DNA of 64,000 nt from Candidatus Omnitrophota bacterium (GCA_028692655.1 JAQUWY010000002.1:34851-98850), one strand, 5' to 3'. Shown: positions 1 to 12,694, counted from the stretch's first letter. The notes: generated from the sequence alone by a model not told the origin. Numbers and translations: made by a program.

Positions 1-474
1 GCAAAGGATATCCAAGGATGTTTTTTTGTAGGGTTCAATAAAGTCGCGGCTTTTCCTTTTAATGAACTTAGGAATAACCTCAGGGATTCCGGGGCTAAGG
101 TTGTTGTAGCCAAAAATACTATTTTAAAAAGAGTGATCAGCGATTTAGGCTGGGAAGGCTGTGAAGAATTCCTGGCCTCTGAAACCGGAATGGTTTTCGT
201 TCATGACGAGGATATTGTTAAAACCTGCAAAACCCTAGCTGAGTTTTCCAAGGAAACAGAAGCTCTTCAGGTTAAAGGCGGCGTTATAAATAAAAAAGCT
301 ATCAGCGGCGATGAAGTCAACAAGATGGCAAAGATTCCTTCCAGAGACATTCTTCTGGGCATGGCTGTTTCTTCTCTGGCTGCTCCGTTAACGGGTTTTC
401 TTTCCAGTTTAAATCAGATAATTTTGAAATTTGTTTGGGCTATAGAAGAGATTAAAAAAACAAAAAGCAAGTAA
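1..474 (+). CDS. rplJ: 50S ribosomal protein L10, 5'-truncated at window edge
   Basis: Frame 1 is open from base 1 ([45 protein letters not shown]...) and continues into the listed ORF 133..474. L10-like sequence lies immediately upstream of rplL. Confidence 0.8.
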   Translation, partial: AKDIQGCFFVGFNKVAAFPFNELRNNLRDSGAKVVVAKNTILKRVISDLGWEGCEEFLASETGMVFVHDEDIVKTCKTLAEFSKETEALQVKGGVINKKAISGDEVNKMAKIPSRDILLGMAVSSLAAPLTGFLSSLNQIILKFVWAIEEIKKTKSK

Positions 475-496
475 TGGTTGCGAAGAGGAGGTATTT

Positions 497-874
497 ATGT
501 CTAAGGTAGAAGACGTTTTGAAGGTAGTTGAAGAGATGACAGTCTTAGAGCTCTCTGAACTGGTAAAAGCCTGTGAGGAAAAGTTTGGCGTAACTGCCAG
601 TGCCCCTATGGTCGCGGCTGCCGGAGTTGGAGGCGCAGCTGCTGCTGAAGAAGTAGAAGAGAAGACTTCTTTTACGGTAGTTCTTACCAATGCCGGTTCC
701 AATAAAATAGGCGTAATTAAAGAAGTACGAGCCGTAACTGATTTAGGCCTTAAAGAAGCTAAAGATTTAGTTGATTCAGCACCGAAACCCGTCAAAGAAA
801 ATGTAACTAAAGAAGAAGCTGAAGAAATGAAAAAGAAACTTGAAGCCGTTGGAGCTGCTGTTGAGTTGAAATAA
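497..874 (+). CDS. rplL: 50S ribosomal protein L7/L12
   Basis: 125 aa with [32 protein letters not shown], an Ala/Glu-rich hinge, and C-terminal KEAKDLV...[25 protein letters not shown] upstream. Confidence 0.95.
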   Translation: MSKVEDVLKVVEEMTVLELSELVKACEEKFGVTASAPMVAAAGVGGAAAAEEVEEKTSFTVVLTNAGSNKIGVIKEVRAVTDLGLKEAKDLVDSAPKPVKENVTKEEAEEMKKKLEAVGAAVELK

Positions 875-995
875 ATATCAATAGGCGTGAAAGCGCAAGC
901 CAGAGCCAACAAGCAGGTGGATATACCTTGTTTGACACGGCCTGTATGTTAAATTCCTTACAATCCGTACAAGCGGAACCAATAGGAGGATAATT

Positions 996-3900
996 TTGAA
1001 GAGAGCGAAAAAACTGTCCTTTGCAAAGATTACAAAGGCTTTCTCTATGCCCAATCTTCTTGATCACCAGCTTGGTTCTTACAGGGAATTTTTACAGGCA
1101 AATGTAGTACCGGAAAAGCGCAAGAATATAGGGCTTCAGGAAATTCTAAATGAAGTTTTTCCTATGGAGAGCCCGGACAAGCAGTATCGTTTAGAGTTTA
1201 TTTCTTACGGTTTGAGCCGGCCGCGATATAGTGTTGAAGAATGTAAAAGGCGTTCTCAAACTTACGCTGCTCCCTTAAGGGTCCGCTTACGCTTGATTGA
1301 TCCTGCCAGAGACATTAAAGAACAGGAAATATACCTGGGTGATATACCGCTTATTACTGAATCAGCGTCTTTTATCATTAATGGTGACGAGAGGGCTATC
1401 ATAAGCCAGCTGCAGCGTTCTCCCGGAGTTTTTTTTGAAGAGGAGGCGCATCCTACGGGAAAAAGGATGTATTTCGCCAGAATTATACCTTACCGGGGCT
1501 ATTGGCTGGAGTTCAGGACAGACATAAACGATACACTCACCGCGATTGTCGACCGGCGTAAAACATTTCCCGCTACACAGATTTTAAGAATATTGGGACT
1601 CGCCAAAAATGACGATATCTATGCTCAGTTTTCCGATAAACCTTATCCTGAAATAGTAAATACCGTTAAAAAAGATTCCACAACAACCAGGGAAGAATCG
1701 TATCTTGATTTTTATAAAAAGATGCGTCCTACTGAGCCGATTACTTTGGAAGCTGCCAAAGAAGTTTTTCGGAGGATGTTTCTTGATCCACGCAGATATG
1801 ATTTAGGTAAAGTCGGTAGGTATTTAATTAACAAAAAACTCGCTATGGATACAAGCCTTAGCAAACGCACCTTGGATTTGGCAAGTACTGTCGAGATAAT
1901 AAAGGTATTGCTAAAGGTTAAAGCAGGTAAGCGAAATACTGACGATATAGACCATCTCGCTAACCGCAGGGTTAAATTGATTGGAGAATTGCTTCAACAT
2001 CAGATTAGAGTTGGTTTGTTGAGAGTGGAACGTACTTTTATGGAAAGGTATTCTCTTATAGCTACCAATGACTTTTCCATTCAGCACCTTATAAATTCAC
2101 GGGCTTTTTCTACACAGGTTCAGGACTTTTTTGCCCGTTCGCCCCTTTCGCAGTTTATGGATCAAACAAACCCTTTGGCTGAAATAACGCATAAACGCAG
2201 GCTTTCAGCAATGGGCCCGGGAGGTTTATCCCGGGAAAGAGCCGGCTTTGAAGTTCGTGACGTTCATCCTACTCATTATGGCAAAATATGCCCGATAGAG
2301 ACTCCCGAAGGAGCTAATATCGGTTTGCTTTCTTCCTTGACTACTTATTCTCGGATCAATCCTTTAGGATTTCTTACCACACCTTATCGCAGGGTTGAAG
2401 CAGGTAAAGTTTTAGACAAGGTCGATTATCTTGTCGGAGATGAAGAGGAAAATAAAGTTATAGCCCAGATATCTTCCAATGTGGACTCCGACGGAACGAT
2501 AAAGGACAAAGAAATTTATGCCCGCCATAAAGGGAAATTTCCCAAAGTAAAACCTAAAGATATTGAATACATGGATATATCTCCTCAGCAGATTATTTCT
2601 GTTTCAGTAAGTATGATACCTTTTCTTGAGCATGATGATGCCAACCGCGCACTTATGGGTTCTAATATGCAGAGGCAAGCGGTTCCTTTGATGTTTCCTG
2701 AGTCTCCGCTTGTAGGAACCGGCATTGAGGAGAAAGTTGCCCGGGATGCAGGGGTTATGGTGATCGCCAAAGAAACCGGAAAAGTTTCCGAGGTGGATGC
2801 TGCTTTAGTAAAGGTAGATAATTTTGTTTACTCTCTTAAAAAGTTTGTCCGCTCTAACGCTGATACGGCCGTTAACCAGAGGCCGCTGGTTAAAAAAGGC
2901 GATGATATTAAAAAAGGAACTATTTTAGCCGATGGTATGGCTACTCAGGGCGGAGAGTTATCTTTGGGCACGAATATACTTGTGGCATTTTTACCCTGGA
3001 GAGGCTATAACTTTGAAGATGCGATTATAATAAATGAGAGGCTTGTAAGAGACGATGTGTTGACCTCTTTACATATCGAGAAATTTGAAGTTGAAGCTAG
3101 GGAAACTCGCTTGGGTAATGAAGATGTTACCCGGGATATACCTAACGTGGGAGAAGAGGCCCTGAGCAACCTTGATGAGAACGGGATAATTCGTGTAGGA
3201 GCTGAAGTTATACCTGATGATATTCTGGTTGGAAGAGTTACCCCTAAAACCGAAAAAGAACTTTCTCCCGAAGAAAGGCTCCTTCGGGCTATATTCGGAG
3301 AGAAGGCAGCTGATGTTAAAGATACATCCTTGCGTGTTCCGCCGGGGGTCAACGGTGTAGTGACAGACGTGGAAGTCTTTCAGCGAAAAGATAAAGGCCG
3401 CCGTTCTAAAAAAGAAAAAACTGAAGAAATCAAGAGAACTAAAGAAATAGAAAGGTATTATGAAGAAGAGAAAGAAATCTTAGAACGTAAAAAAATCCGC
3501 CGTTTAGCCGCGGTTTTAGGAAAAAGTGAAAGTAAAGTCAAGTTATCCGATTGTGAAGATCATGAAGAAGCCAGGGCTATTTTGAATATTTACGACGAAA
3601 GGCTAAGTGAGCTGGCTATAGAACGTGAATTAGAAATTGCTAAGATAAAAAAAGGTGACGAGCTTCCAGCGGGAGTCCTAAAGCGTGTGGTTGTTTTTGT
3701 GGCGATGAAGAGGAAGATATCCGCCGGAGATAAGCTTTCCGGGCGCCACGGGAATAAAGGAGTGATTTCAAAAATTTTGCCCCAGGAAGATATGCCGTTT
3801 TTAGAAGACGGCACACCCATAGACCTCCTGCTGAATCCCTTAGGAGTTCCTTCCAGAATGAATGTTGGACAGCTTTTGGAGATGCATCTTGGCTGGGCAG

Positions 3901-4412
3901 CCAAAAAACTCGGTATACGCATAGCTTCTCCTGTTTTTGACGGAGCAAAAGAAGAAGACTTAAAGAATCTTTTTGTCGAAGCCGGGCTTCCTGCAGGCGG
4001 TAAAGTAGCAGTTTACGATGGATATACCGGGAAATCTTTTGAACAAAAAGCCGGTGTTGGCTACATGTATATAATGAAACTGGTTCATATGGTAGAAGAT
4101 AAAATGCATGCTCGTGCCATAGGGCCTTATTCTTTGATTACCCAGCAGCCTTTGGGAGGCAAAGCTCAGTTTGGCGGACAGCGTTTTGGAGAAATGGAAG
4201 TTTGGGCGCTTGAGGCTTATGGTGCTGCCTTTGCTTTGCAGGAAATGCTTACCGTTAAGAGCGATGATGTGGAAGGGCGTACGCGGATCTTTGAAGCAAT
4301 TGTCCGGGGAGAACAGAAATTCAGGCCTTCGGTTCCGGAATCTTTTAATGTTTTAGTAAAAGAATTGCAGGGACTTTGCCTTGATGTGAGGGCAGAAAAG
4401 GAGAGCAAATGA
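996..4412 (+). CDS. rpoB: DNA-directed RNA polymerase beta subunit
   Basis: 1138 aa. TTG start with AGGAGGA RBS at 984-990. Conserved RpoB blocks (rifampicin-region GPGGLSRERAGFEVRDVHPTHYGKICPIETPEG; C-terminal NVGQLLEMHLGWAA). Overlaps rpoC by 4 nt (ATGA). Confidence 0.97.
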   Translation: MKRAKKLSFAKITKAFSMPNLLDHQLGSYREFLQANVVPEKRKNIGLQEILNEVFPMESPDKQYRLEFISYGLSRPRYSVEECKRRSQTYAAPLRVRLRLIDPARDIKEQEIYLGDIPLITESASFIINGDERAIISQLQRSPGVFFEEEAHPTGKRMYFARIIPYRGYWLEFRTDINDTLTAIVDRRKTFPATQILRILGLAKNDDIYAQFSDKPYPEIVNTVKKDSTTTREESYLDFYKKMRPTEPITLEAAKEVFRRMFLDPRRYDLGKVGRYLINKKLAMDTSLSKRTLDLASTVEIIKVLLKVKAGKRNTDDIDHLANRRVKLIGELLQHQIRVGLLRVERTFMERYSLIATNDFSIQHLINSRAFSTQVQDFFARSPLSQFMDQTNPLAEITHKRRLSAMGPGGLSRERAGFEVRDVHPTHYGKICPIETPEGANIGLLSSLTTYSRINPLGFLTTPYRRVEAGKVLDKVDYLVGDEEENKVIAQISSNVDSDGTIKDKEIYARHKGKFPKVKPKDIEYMDISPQQIISVSVSMIPFLEHDDANRALMGSNMQRQAVPLMFPESPLVGTGIEEKVARDAGVMVIAKETGKVSEVDAALVKVDNFVYSLKKFVRSNADTAVNQRPLVKKGDDIKKGTILADGMATQGGELSLGTNILVAFLPWRGYNFEDAIIINERLVRDDVLTSLHIEKFEVEARETRLGNEDVTRDIPNVGEEALSNLDENGIIRVGAEVIPDDILVGRVTPKTEKELSPEERLLRAIFGEKAADVKDTSLRVPPGVNGVVTDVEVFQRKDKGRRSKKEKTEEIKRTKEIERYYEEEKEILERKKIRRLAAVLGKSESKVKLSDCEDHEEARAILNIYDERLSELAIERELEIAKIKKGDELPAGVLKRVVVFVAMKRKISAGDKLSGRHGNKGVISKILPQEDMPFLEDGTPIDLLLNPLGVPSRMNVGQLLEMHLGWAAKKLGIRIASPVFDGAKEEDLKNLFVEAGLPAGGKVAVYDGYTGKSFEQKAGVGYMYIMKLVHMVEDKMHARAIGPYSLITQQPLGGKAQFGGQRFGEMEVWALEAYGAAFALQEMLTVKSDDVEGRTRIFEAIVRGEQKFRPSVPESFNVLVKELQGLCLDVRAEKESK

Positions 4413-7400
4413 TAGAAGATGTCGCTTTTTTTGACCGCATAACCATCAAGCTTGCCTCACCGGAAGTTATTAAGAGTTGGTCCTCGGGTGAAGTTAAAAA
4501 AGCCGAAACCCTTAATTACAGGACTCTTAAGCCCGAAAAAGATGGACTTTTCTGTGAAAGAATCTTTGGCCCGGCTAAAGACTGGGAGTGTCATTGCGGT
4601 AAACTTAAAGGTATAAAATTTAAAGGGACAAAATGTGACCGTTGCGGAGTCGAAGTCCTGCATTCTTCGGTTCGCCGCCAAAGAATGGGTATTATAGATT
4701 TAGCTGCGCCGGTTACGCATATATGGTTTTTTAAAGTACTTCCTTCCCGTATCGGAGCCATCCTTGATTTGAGCATAAAACAGCTTGAAAAAATTATCTA
4801 TTATGAAGAATATATTGTTCTTGATCCCGGGACATCCGGTTTTAAAAAGATGCAGCTTCTTAACGAGGCTGAATACAGGAAAGGGCTCGAACAGCATAAA
4901 AACGAATTTAAAGTCGGCATAGGCGCTGAAGCGATAAAAGAACTTCTTAAAGAAATTGACCTGAATAAATTAAGTAAGGCTGTTCGCAAAGCCATCGAGA
5001 AAGGAAAAGTCGGGGTAAATAAAAGACTGCTTAAAAGGCTGAAAATCGTAGAGGACTTGCGCCGTTCCGGAAATAAACCTGAATGGCTGGTGTTAGACTA
5101 TCTTCCGGTTATTCCCCCAGATTTGCGCCCTTTAGTACCGCTGGAAGGCGGACGTTTCGCGTCTTCTGATTTAAATGACCTTTACCGCAGGGTAATCAAC
5201 CGAAACAACCGTTTAAAAAAACTAATTTCCTTAGGGGCTCCCGACATAATTATTCGCAATGAAAAGAGGATGCTGCAGGAAGCGGTTGACGCTGTTTTGG
5301 AGAATGGCCGCCATGGCCGGCCGGTAATGGGGCCTCAGAATAGGCCGCTTAAAAGTTTGTCCGACATGCTTAAAGGAAAACAGGGCCGGTTCAGACAGAA
5401 TCTTTTAGGAAAGCGTGTGGATTATTCCGGAAGAAGCGTTATCGTAGTGGGCCCTGAACTTAAACTGCATCAGTGCGGTATTCCTAAGCAGATGGCTCTG
5501 GAGTTGGTTAACCCCTTTATTATAAAAAAATTAAGAGAAAAAGGCTTTGTTCATACTATAAAAGGTGCCCGTCGAATGGTGGAAAGAGCCAGAGTGGAAG
5601 TTTGGGATATTCTTGAAGGCGTAATAGAGGGCCATCCTGTTTTGCTAAACCGCGCTCCTACCTTGCATAGGCTAAGTATACAGGCTTTTTATCCGGTTTT
5701 GGTAGAGGGAAAAGCTATAAAGTTGCATCCTTTGGTTTGTGCAGCTTTTAATGCTGATTTTGATGGCGACCAGATGGCGGTACATTTGCCTTTATCTTTA
5801 GAGGCTCAGTCAGAAGCTCGGATAATAATGCTATCGGTTAATAATATTTTTTCTCCTTCTGACGGGCGTCCGGTTATCGCGCCTAGCCAGGATATGATAG
5901 TCGGCTGCCGCTACCTTACGCTTGATAAGGACAAAGTTGCCGGTGAAGGCATAACTTTTTCGAATGTTAACGAAGTGGTAACGGCTTATCAGGACGAAGA
6001 AGTCCAGCTTCATGCAAAAATTAAACTTCGCATTAATGAAGAGGGAAAAAATAAGATAATAGAGACTACTGTGGGCAGAGTTATGTTTAACCGTATCCTT
6101 CCCGACGGTTTTGGTTTTGTAAATGAATGCCTCGATAAAAAGAAAGTTTCAGAAATTATAAGTGACTGTTATAAAAGGTTTGGGCATAGCGAAGTTATTA
6201 GCCTGTTGGATAAGATAAAAGACCTGGGCTTTGAATATGCTACTTTAGGCGGCATAAGTATAGCTATGGATGATTTAGAGATACCAGAGAAGAAACAAGG
6301 TTGTATCGATGAGGCAAACGGAGAGTTGGCGAAGGTAGAAGACCAATATAAAAAAGGTATTATAACTGAGCGTGAGCGCCACAATAAAATTATCGATGTC
6401 TGGACCAGAACCACCGATAAGGTATCAGAGCTGGTATTCAAAAATATGGATAAGCATAACCCTATTTTTATGATGGCTGATTCCGGCGCCCGGGGTTCTA
6501 AGCTGCAGGTAAGGCAGCTTGCCGGAATGCGCGGGCTTATGGCAAAACCTTCAGGTGAAATTATTGAAATACCGATTACTTCCAATTTTAAAGAAGGCCT
6601 TACTGTGATCGAATTTTTTAACTCTACTCATGGTGCTCGTAAGGGTTTGGCTGACACAGCTCTTAAAACAGCCGATGCCGGATATCTTACCCGCCGTTTG
6701 GTAGATGTGGCCCAGGAAGTTATTATTATCGAAGATGACTGCGGGACAGTTAACGGCATAACCGTTTCTGAAATAGTTGAGGGTGAAGATGTGGTGGTAT
6801 CTCTTAAGGAAAGAATTGTCGGCCGCGTAGGTTTGGATAATATTGTAGATGTAGTCAGCGATGAGTTGATTGTTAAAGCCGGAGAGGAAATCACCGAAGA
6901 GAAGGCTGATAAGATAGAACGCCTGGGACTTGAAAAAATAAGGATCAGAAGCGTGTTGACCTGTGAGTCCGAGAGGGGAGTTTGTATTAAATGCTATGGC
7001 AAGAATCTTGCTTCACGTAAACTTGTTGAAATAGGAGAAGCCGTAGGTGTTATAGCGGCCCAGTCTATAGGAGAGCCCGGAACTCAGCTTACCATGAGAA
7101 CTTTTCATATTGGAGGTACTGCTTCAAGAGTTGCCGAAAGGGCTTTTATCAAGGCACGAGAAAAAGGCACGATAAGGTATCACGGTTTAAAAGTTGTTTC
7201 TAAGGGTAAGAATTTTGTTGTTCTTAACCGTAACGGTATGGTCAGCATTAATGATGAAAGAGGTATGGAGTTGCAAAGAAATCCGGTTCCCCAGGGTGCC
7301 ACCATGATTGTTGCGGATCAAGGAGAGGCGGAAAAAGATAAAGTTTTTGTCCGTTGGGACCCTTACTCTTCGCCTATCCTGGCTGAAGTGAGCGGTAAAA

Positions 7401-8380
7401 TAAAATATGAAGACATCATTGATAAGATAACTATACAGGAAGAGATGAACCTAGTTACCGGTAGAAAAGAGAGGGTGGTTGTAGAATTTAAAGGTGACTA
7501 TCATCCCCAGATACTGATACTTTCTGATAAAGAAGAAGTTTTGGGTATTTATCCGCTGCCTACAGGTGCTCATATTATGCTTGAAGAAGGCGCAAGCGTT
7601 GAATCGGGAGATGTAATCGCTAAGACACCGCGTTTAGTCGCAAAAACAAGGGATATTACCGGTGGTTTGCCTAGGGTAGCTGAGTTATTCGAAGCCCGCC
7701 GGCCAAAGAATCCAGCTGTTATCAGCGAAATAGACGGGTTTATAGAATTTGCCGAAAGCGGCGGTGAACGTAAAGTTATTGTTCACAGTCCTACCGGGAT
7801 GCAGAGAGAATACCTTATACCGCCCGGTGCGCATCCTATTGTTTACCGGGGTGATCAAGTTGTGGCTGGACAACAGCTCACTGAAGGCCCGATAGTTTTG
7901 CAGGATATACTAAGAGTTTGTGGCGATAAAGTTTTGCAGGAACACTTGGTGAACGAAATTCAGGAGATTTACCGTCTTCAGGGAGTTAGGATAAACGATA
8001 AACATATAGAAGTTATTATCCGTGAAATGCTGAAGAAAGTGAAAATTGTGGATGCCGGTGACAGTGAATTTTTACCGGGCGAAGCCGTAGATAAATGGGA
8101 TTTCCGTAAAGAAAATGAACGGATAATTAAGAAAGACGGCAAGCCTGCGACTGCTTCTCCTTTTCTTTTAGGTATTACCAAAGCTTCTTTAAGCACTAAG
8201 AGCTTTATATCGGCGGCTAGCTTCCAGGAAACTACCAGAATCCTGGCTGATGCGGCGATTGCCGGAAAAGTAGATAATCTTCAGGGGCTTAAAGAAAATG
8301 TTATTGTGGGGCATCTTATACCGGCAGGGACGGGATTAAAACGATACAGAGAAGTTGAGGTGGAAAAATGCCAACAGTAG
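4409..8380 (+). CDS. rpoC: DNA-directed RNA polymerase beta' subunit
   Basis: 1323 aa. N-terminal Zn-binding CHCGKLKG...CDRCGVEV and the catalytic NADFDGDQM motif. Synteny after rpoB. Confidence 0.97.
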   Translation: MIEDVAFFDRITIKLASPEVIKSWSSGEVKKAETLNYRTLKPEKDGLFCERIFGPAKDWECHCGKLKGIKFKGTKCDRCGVEVLHSSVRRQRMGIIDLAAPVTHIWFFKVLPSRIGAILDLSIKQLEKIIYYEEYIVLDPGTSGFKKMQLLNEAEYRKGLEQHKNEFKVGIGAEAIKELLKEIDLNKLSKAVRKAIEKGKVGVNKRLLKRLKIVEDLRRSGNKPEWLVLDYLPVIPPDLRPLVPLEGGRFASSDLNDLYRRVINRNNRLKKLISLGAPDIIIRNEKRMLQEAVDAVLENGRHGRPVMGPQNRPLKSLSDMLKGKQGRFRQNLLGKRVDYSGRSVIVVGPELKLHQCGIPKQMALELVNPFIIKKLREKGFVHTIKGARRMVERARVEVWDILEGVIEGHPVLLNRAPTLHRLSIQAFYPVLVEGKAIKLHPLVCAAFNADFDGDQMAVHLPLSLEAQSEARIIMLSVNNIFSPSDGRPVIAPSQDMIVGCRYLTLDKDKVAGEGITFSNVNEVVTAYQDEEVQLHAKIKLRINEEGKNKIIETTVGRVMFNRILPDGFGFVNECLDKKKVSEIISDCYKRFGHSEVISLLDKIKDLGFEYATLGGISIAMDDLEIPEKKQGCIDEANGELAKVEDQYKKGIITERERHNKIIDVWTRTTDKVSELVFKNMDKHNPIFMMADSGARGSKLQVRQLAGMRGLMAKPSGEIIEIPITSNFKEGLTVIEFFNSTHGARKGLADTALKTADAGYLTRRLVDVAQEVIIIEDDCGTVNGITVSEIVEGEDVVVSLKERIVGRVGLDNIVDVVSDELIVKAGEEITEEKADKIERLGLEKIRIRSVLTCESERGVCIKCYGKNLASRKLVEIGEAVGVIAAQSIGEPGTQLTMRTFHIGGTASRVAERAFIKAREKGTIRYHGLKVVSKGKNFVVLNRNGMVSINDERGMELQRNPVPQGATMIVADQGEAEKDKVFVRWDPYSSPILAEVSGKIKYEDIIDKITIQEEMNLVTGRKERVVVEFKGDYHPQILILSDKEEVLGIYPLPTGAHIMLEEGASVESGDVIAKTPRLVAKTRDITGGLPRVAELFEARRPKNPAVISEIDGFIEFAESGGERKVIVHSPTGMQREYLIPPGAHPIVYRGDQVVAGQQLTEGPIVLQDILRVCGDKVLQEHLVNEIQEIYRLQGVRINDKHIEVIIREMLKKVKIVDAGDSEFLPGEAVDKWDFRKENERIIKKDGKPATASPFLLGITKASLSTKSFISAASFQETTRILADAAIAGKVDNLQGLKENVIVGHLIPAGTGLKRYREVEVEKCQQ

Positions 8381-8742
8381 TTCAGTTGATAAGGAAACCT
8401 AGGATTCTTAAGAAGAAAAAAGGTAAATCGCCAGCGCTTAAAGGCTGTCCTCAAAGGCGGGGAGTTTGTGTCCAGGTAAAGACTATGACTCCAAAGAAGC
8501 CGAATTCAGCTTTGAGAAAAATAGCTAGGGTGAGGCTCACTAACGGTGAAGAAGTTACGGCCTATATTCCAGGTGAAGGCCATAATCTACAGGAACATTC
8601 AATAACTCTTGTACGTGGCGGAAGAGTAAAAGATTTGCCGGGAGTCAGGTATCATATCGTAAGAGGCACTCTCGATTGCCAGGGCGTGCAGAATCGTAAA
8701 CGTTCACGCTCCAAATACGGAGCTAAGCGGCCTAAGGCATAA
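8368..8742 (+). CDS. rpsL: 30S ribosomal protein S12
   Basis: [12 protein letters not shown]...[10 protein letters not shown]... is diagnostic of S12. 124 aa. Confidence 0.97.
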   Translation: MPTVVQLIRKPRILKKKKGKSPALKGCPQRRGVCVQVKTMTPKKPNSALRKIARVRLTNGEEVTAYIPGEGHNLQEHSITLVRGGRVKDLPGVRYHIVRGTLDCQGVQNRKRSRSKYGAKRPKA

Positions 8743-8766
8743 TCTGATAGAAGAGGAGGAAGTAAA

Positions 8767-9234
8767 GTGAGAAGGAGAAGGGCACCAAAAAGAAAAATAA
8801 ATCCAGACCCGAAATACAACTCTACCGTAATCGGGAATTTGGTTAATACTATCATGACCAGCGGGAAAAAAAGTGTTGCACAAAAAATAATTTACAATGC
8901 TTTTGACATTGTGCAGGAGAAGCTTAAGGAAGACCCGGTTAAGGTTTTTTACGCCGCTTTAGATAACGTCAGGCCGAGAATGTCAGTTAAACCAAGGCGT
9001 ATAGGAGGAGCTACTTATCAAGTTCCCTTGGAAGTGCCCAAAGACAAAGGTATGACTATGGCTATACGCTGGATAAAGGACTTTTCTTTGAAAAAAAAAG
9101 GAAAACCCATGAAAGTTAAATTAGCCGAGGAGATAGTGTCGGCTTATAAAAAAGAAGGTTCAGCAATAAAGAAAAGGGATGATACCCATAAAATGGCCGA
9201 AGCCAACAGGGCTTTCGCGCATTTCAGGTACTAA
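8767..9234 (+). CDS. rpsG: 30S ribosomal protein S7
   Basis: 155 aa, GTG start. S7 family blocks (KKSVAQKIIYNAFD, RPRMSVKPRRIGGATYQVP). str-operon synteny. Confidence 0.93.
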   Translation: MRRRRAPKRKINPDPKYNSTVIGNLVNTIMTSGKKSVAQKIIYNAFDIVQEKLKEDPVKVFYAALDNVRPRMSVKPRRIGGATYQVPLEVPKDKGMTMAIRWIKDFSLKKKGKPMKVKLAEEIVSAYKKEGSAIKKRDDTHKMAEANRAFAHFRY

Positions 9235-9268
9235 AATTGTTTAAACAGCAAGAGGGTGGGTATTAAAA

Positions 9269-11353
9269 GTGAGCATCGCAGCTATTATGGTTAAAAAAAG
9301 CGGTTTAGAACTTACAAGAAATATTGGCTTCATAGCGCATATTGACGCCGGCAAGACTACTACTACCGAAAGGATATTGTTTTATGCTGGGCGTACCTAC
9401 AAAGTAGGAGAAGTACATGAGGGAACAGCTATAACCGATTGGATGGCTCAGGAAAAAGAAAGAGGCATCACCATAACCAGTGCGGCTACTTATTGCCAGT
9501 GGCGCGGCTGCCACATTAATATAATTGATACTCCCGGCCACATTGATTTTACGGTTGAAGTGGAAAGGTCACTAAAAGTTTTAGACGGGGTCGTGGTAAT
9601 TTTTTGCGGAGTCGGCGGGGTAGAGCCTCAGTCAGAAACTGTATGGCGTCAGGCTGATAAATATAAAGTTCCTAGAATAGCTTTTATAAATAAAATGGAC
9701 CGTCAAGGGGTTGACTTTGACAGCGTTGTGGATGAAATGCGGGAAAAACTACAGTTAGTTATTGCTCCGGTTCAAATGCCAATTTATAAAGATGATGAAT
9801 TTTTAGGCATTGTGGACCTGGTAAAGATGAAGGCTTTTTATTATGAGGGTGAGTTTGGAGATAAGGTGGTTGAGAAGGCTGTGCCTGAGGAGTCAAATTC
9901 TGAGGCTATTCAGAAGCGTGACAAGCTTATAGAAAAGCTGGCCGAATTGGACGATGAGCTGATGACAAAAGTTATAGAAGGCCAGGATATAGGAGGAAAG
10001 GATATAGCCCCGGTCATACGAAAACATGTATTAGCAAACAAATTCGTTCCGGTGCTTTGCGGTTCATCCTTGAAAAATAAAGGTATTCAGCAGCTTTTGG
10101 ATGCTGTTTGCGACTATTTGCCTTCTCCTCTTGAGGCAGCTCAGGTCAGCGGGATAGACGTACGTGACAACCAGCAAAGGAGCCTGGAAATTTCAGAAAA
10201 CGCTCATTTTTGCGGGTTGTGCTTTAAGGTCTTTACTGATTCTTTTGTGGGAAAATTGTTTTATACCAGGATATATTCCGGAAAAGTGAAGACATCTACG
10301 TTCATTTACAACTCTACAAAACAGGAAAAGGAAAAAGTTACCAAAATCCTTCGCATGCACGCTAATCATCAGGAGATAGTTAATGAAGCTAAAGCCGGAG
10401 ATATAGTGTGCTTGGTAGGTTTAAAATCTACTACTACCGGAGATACTCTCTGTGATGGCAAAAATTCGCTTATTTTGGAAGAAATAAAATTTCCTTTACC
10501 GGTAGTTTCTCTGGCTATCGAGCCCAAAACAAAGGCTGACCAGGAGAAACTTTTTGATGCCTTGAGAAAACTTGCTGATGAAGATCCGTCTTTTAAAGTT
10601 TCTTATAACCGTGAAACCGGCCAAAATATAATTTCCGGAATGGGGCAGCTGCATCTTGAGATTATGGTCGACAGGCTTATTAGGGAATTTAATGTTGTGG
10701 CTAAAATTGGCAAACCCCAGGTTGCTTATAAAGAAACTATTACCCGTAAGGTTGAAGCTGTGGGTAAATTCATTCAGCAAACAGGCGGCCGGGGCCAGTA
10801 CGGACATGTGGTAATTCTAATGGAGCCCTTAGATAAAGGCCGAGGCATTATTTTTGAAAATAAAATAAAGTCAGGGGCTATACCCAAAGAATATATACCG
10901 GCTGTCCGTGAAGGAATCAACGAAGCTTCAGAAAGCGGCATTTTAGGAGGGTATCCGGTAGTTGATTTGAAAATAACGCTTATAGATGGGTCATACCATG
11001 AAGTAGATTCATCAGAACTCAGCTTCAAAGTAGCAGGGGAGATGGCCGTTAAAGAGGGTTTGCGTAAAGCAAACCCGGCTGTACTTGAACCGATAATGGA
11101 CTTAGAAGTCGTTACGCCCAATGAGTATGTAAGCCAAGTCATAGGGGACTTGAACGGACGGCGCGGTAAGATTTCTTCGGTAAAAGAAAGAAAAAGCCTG
11201 CGTATTGTTAAGGCTGATGTGCCTTTGGCAGAAGTTTTTAACTACGCAGACGCATTAAGAAACTTGACACAAGGCCGTGCGTCTTATACAATAGAGCCTT
11301 CGTATTACGAGAAAGTTTCTCAAGAGTTGTTAACAAAAATACTGGGAGTGTAA
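9269..11353 (+). CDS. fusA: elongation factor G
   Basis: 694 aa, GTG start. G-domain motifs [18 protein letters not shown]. Position between rpsG and tuf. Confidence 0.96.
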   Translation: MSIAAIMVKKSGLELTRNIGFIAHIDAGKTTTTERILFYAGRTYKVGEVHEGTAITDWMAQEKERGITITSAATYCQWRGCHINIIDTPGHIDFTVEVERSLKVLDGVVVIFCGVGGVEPQSETVWRQADKYKVPRIAFINKMDRQGVDFDSVVDEMREKLQLVIAPVQMPIYKDDEFLGIVDLVKMKAFYYEGEFGDKVVEKAVPEESNSEAIQKRDKLIEKLAELDDELMTKVIEGQDIGGKDIAPVIRKHVLANKFVPVLCGSSLKNKGIQQLLDAVCDYLPSPLEAAQVSGIDVRDNQQRSLEISENAHFCGLCFKVFTDSFVGKLFYTRIYSGKVKTSTFIYNSTKQEKEKVTKILRMHANHQEIVNEAKAGDIVCLVGLKSTTTGDTLCDGKNSLILEEIKFPLPVVSLAIEPKTKADQEKLFDALRKLADEDPSFKVSYNRETGQNIISGMGQLHLEIMVDRLIREFNVVAKIGKPQVAYKETITRKVEAVGKFIQQTGGRGQYGHVVILMEPLDKGRGIIFENKIKSGAIPKEYIPAVREGINEASESGILGGYPVVDLKITLIDGSYHEVDSSELSFKVAGEMAVKEGLRKANPAVLEPIMDLEVVTPNEYVSQVIGDLNGRRGKISSVKERKSLRIVKADVPLAEVFNYADALRNLTQGRASYTIEPSYYEKVSQELLTKILGV

Positions 11354-11413
11354 CTGGAGTATTGACTTAATTTCGATAATAATTCGGAATGGTCTTATCA
11401 AAGGAGGTGTGAT

Positions 11414-12616
11414 ATGGGAAAGGAAAAGTTTGTCAGAACAAAACCCCATCTTAACATTGGAACTATCGGACACGTAGATCATGGAAAAACTACGCTTACT
11501 GCCGCGATTACGAGTGTTTTGGCTGCTACTGGAAAGGCCAAAGCATTGAAGTTTGACGAGATAGACAAAGCTCCTGAAGAGAGAGAAAGAGGGGTTACGA
11601 TACAGATAACTCACGTTGAATATGAGACTGATAGCCGTCATTACGCCCATATTGATTGCCCGGGCCATGCTGACTATATTAAAAATATGATTACCGGTGC
11701 CGCTCAAATGGACGGCGCTATATTGGTTGTAGCTGCTACTGACGGCCCTATGCCTCAGACTCGTGAGCACATACTTTTAGCCAGACAGGTAAATGTTCCG
11801 GCAATTGTTGTGTTTGTTAATAAAGTTGACGCTATGGAAGATACAGAACTGGTAGATTTAGTAGAGGAAGAGGTTCGCGATCTTCTCACGAAATATGAGT
11901 TTCCCGGAAAAGACATACCTATAGTAAGAGGTTCGGCTCTCAAGGCGCTTGAATGCGGTTGCGGCAAGCCGGAATGTGCGGTTTGTAAGCCTATCCTAGA
12001 TTTGATGAAAGCGGTTGATGATTATATACCTACACCAAAAAGAGATGTAGATAAGCCTTTTCTTATGGCGGTTGAAGATGTTTTTTCGATTTCCGGAAGA
12101 GGAACGGTTGTTACCGGAAGAATTGAGAGAGGAAAGGTGAAGGTGGGTGAAGAAATCGAAATGGTAGGCATCCGTCCTGAGATAAAAAAGACAGTTGTTA
12201 CCGGAGTTGAAATGTTCCGCAAGCTTCTTGATGAAGGCCAAGCCGGCGATAACGTAGGCTTGCTCCTGCGGGGTATAGAAAAGGATGACGTAGAGAGGGG
12301 TATGGTTATGGCTAAGTCCGGCTCTATCACCCCCCACAAAAAATTCAAAACTCAAGTTTACGCTCTTAAAAAAGAAGAGGGCGGAAGGCATACGCCATTT
12401 TTTAGCGGTTACAGGCCGCAGTTCTACTTCCGTACGACAGACGTTACCGGAACGTGCAAGCTCCCTCAAGGGGTAGAAATGGTTATGCCTGGCGATAACG
12501 TAGAGTTAGAGGTTGAACTTATACAACCGGTGGCTGCTGAAAAGGAATTGCGTTTTGCTATACGTGAAGGCGGCAGAACAGTGGGTGCAGGAGTAATTAC
12601 AGAGATTATTGCGTAA
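11414..12616 (+). CDS. tuf: elongation factor Tu, with a 4-Cys insertion in domain 1
   Basis: 400 aa. [27 protein letters not shown] motifs and a GGAGG RBS. Carries an unusual [13 protein letters not shown] insertion (nt 11954-11986). Confidence 0.97.
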   Translation: MGKEKFVRTKPHLNIGTIGHVDHGKTTLTAAITSVLAATGKAKALKFDEIDKAPEERERGVTIQITHVEYETDSRHYAHIDCPGHADYIKNMITGAAQMDGAILVVAATDGPMPQTREHILLARQVNVPAIVVFVNKVDAMEDTELVDLVEEEVRDLLTKYEFPGKDIPIVRGSALKALECGCGKPECAVCKPILDLMKAVDDYIPTPKRDVDKPFLMAVEDVFSISGRGTVVTGRIERGKVKVGEEIEMVGIRPEIKKTVVTGVEMFRKLLDEGQAGDNVGLLLRGIEKDDVERGMVMAKSGSITPHKKFKTQVYALKKEEGGRHTPFFSGYRPQFYFRTTDVTGTCKLPQGVEMVMPGDNVELEVELIQPVAAEKELRFAIREGGRTVGAGVITEIIA

Positions 12617-12634
12617 GTTTTGAATCGAATTTCA

Positions 12635-12690
12635 GGCGCTTCCTTGCGGAAGCTTGGATAAGAGGCCGCAAGGAAGCGTTTAGAGTTAAA
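12635..12690 (+). terminator. stem-loop plus U-rich tract downstream of tuf (partial terminator or attenuator)
   Basis: Perfect inverted repeat GGCGCTTCCTTGCGG (12635-12649) / CCGCAAGGAAGCG (12666-12678), followed by TTTAGAGTT. Lies in the 78-bp tuf-rpsJ spacer. Confidence 0.4.
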
Positions 12691-12694
12691 TAGT

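Noticed and set aside
409-912. 167-aa minus-strand ORF (Ser/Thr/Ala-rich) overlapping rplJ/rplL
   Set aside because: Antisense to highly conserved r-protein genes and low-complexity. Typical shadow ORF.
875-995. Promoter/attenuator in the rplL-rpoB spacer
   Set aside because: TTGACA-like hexamers are present but no convincing -10 or terminator hairpin. The classical rplL-rpoB attenuator cannot be confirmed from sequence alone.
3005-3948. Several 100-115-aa minus-strand ORFs inside rpoB
   Set aside because: Fully embedded antisense to rpoB, with no RBS and no recognisable motifs.
6169-6894. Minus-strand ORFs inside rpoC
   Set aside because: Antisense shadow ORFs of a conserved gene.
11330-12469. 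Minus-strand ORFs of 146, 157 and 108 aa overlapping tuf
   Set aside because: Antisense to tuf. Compositionally biased, with no motifs.
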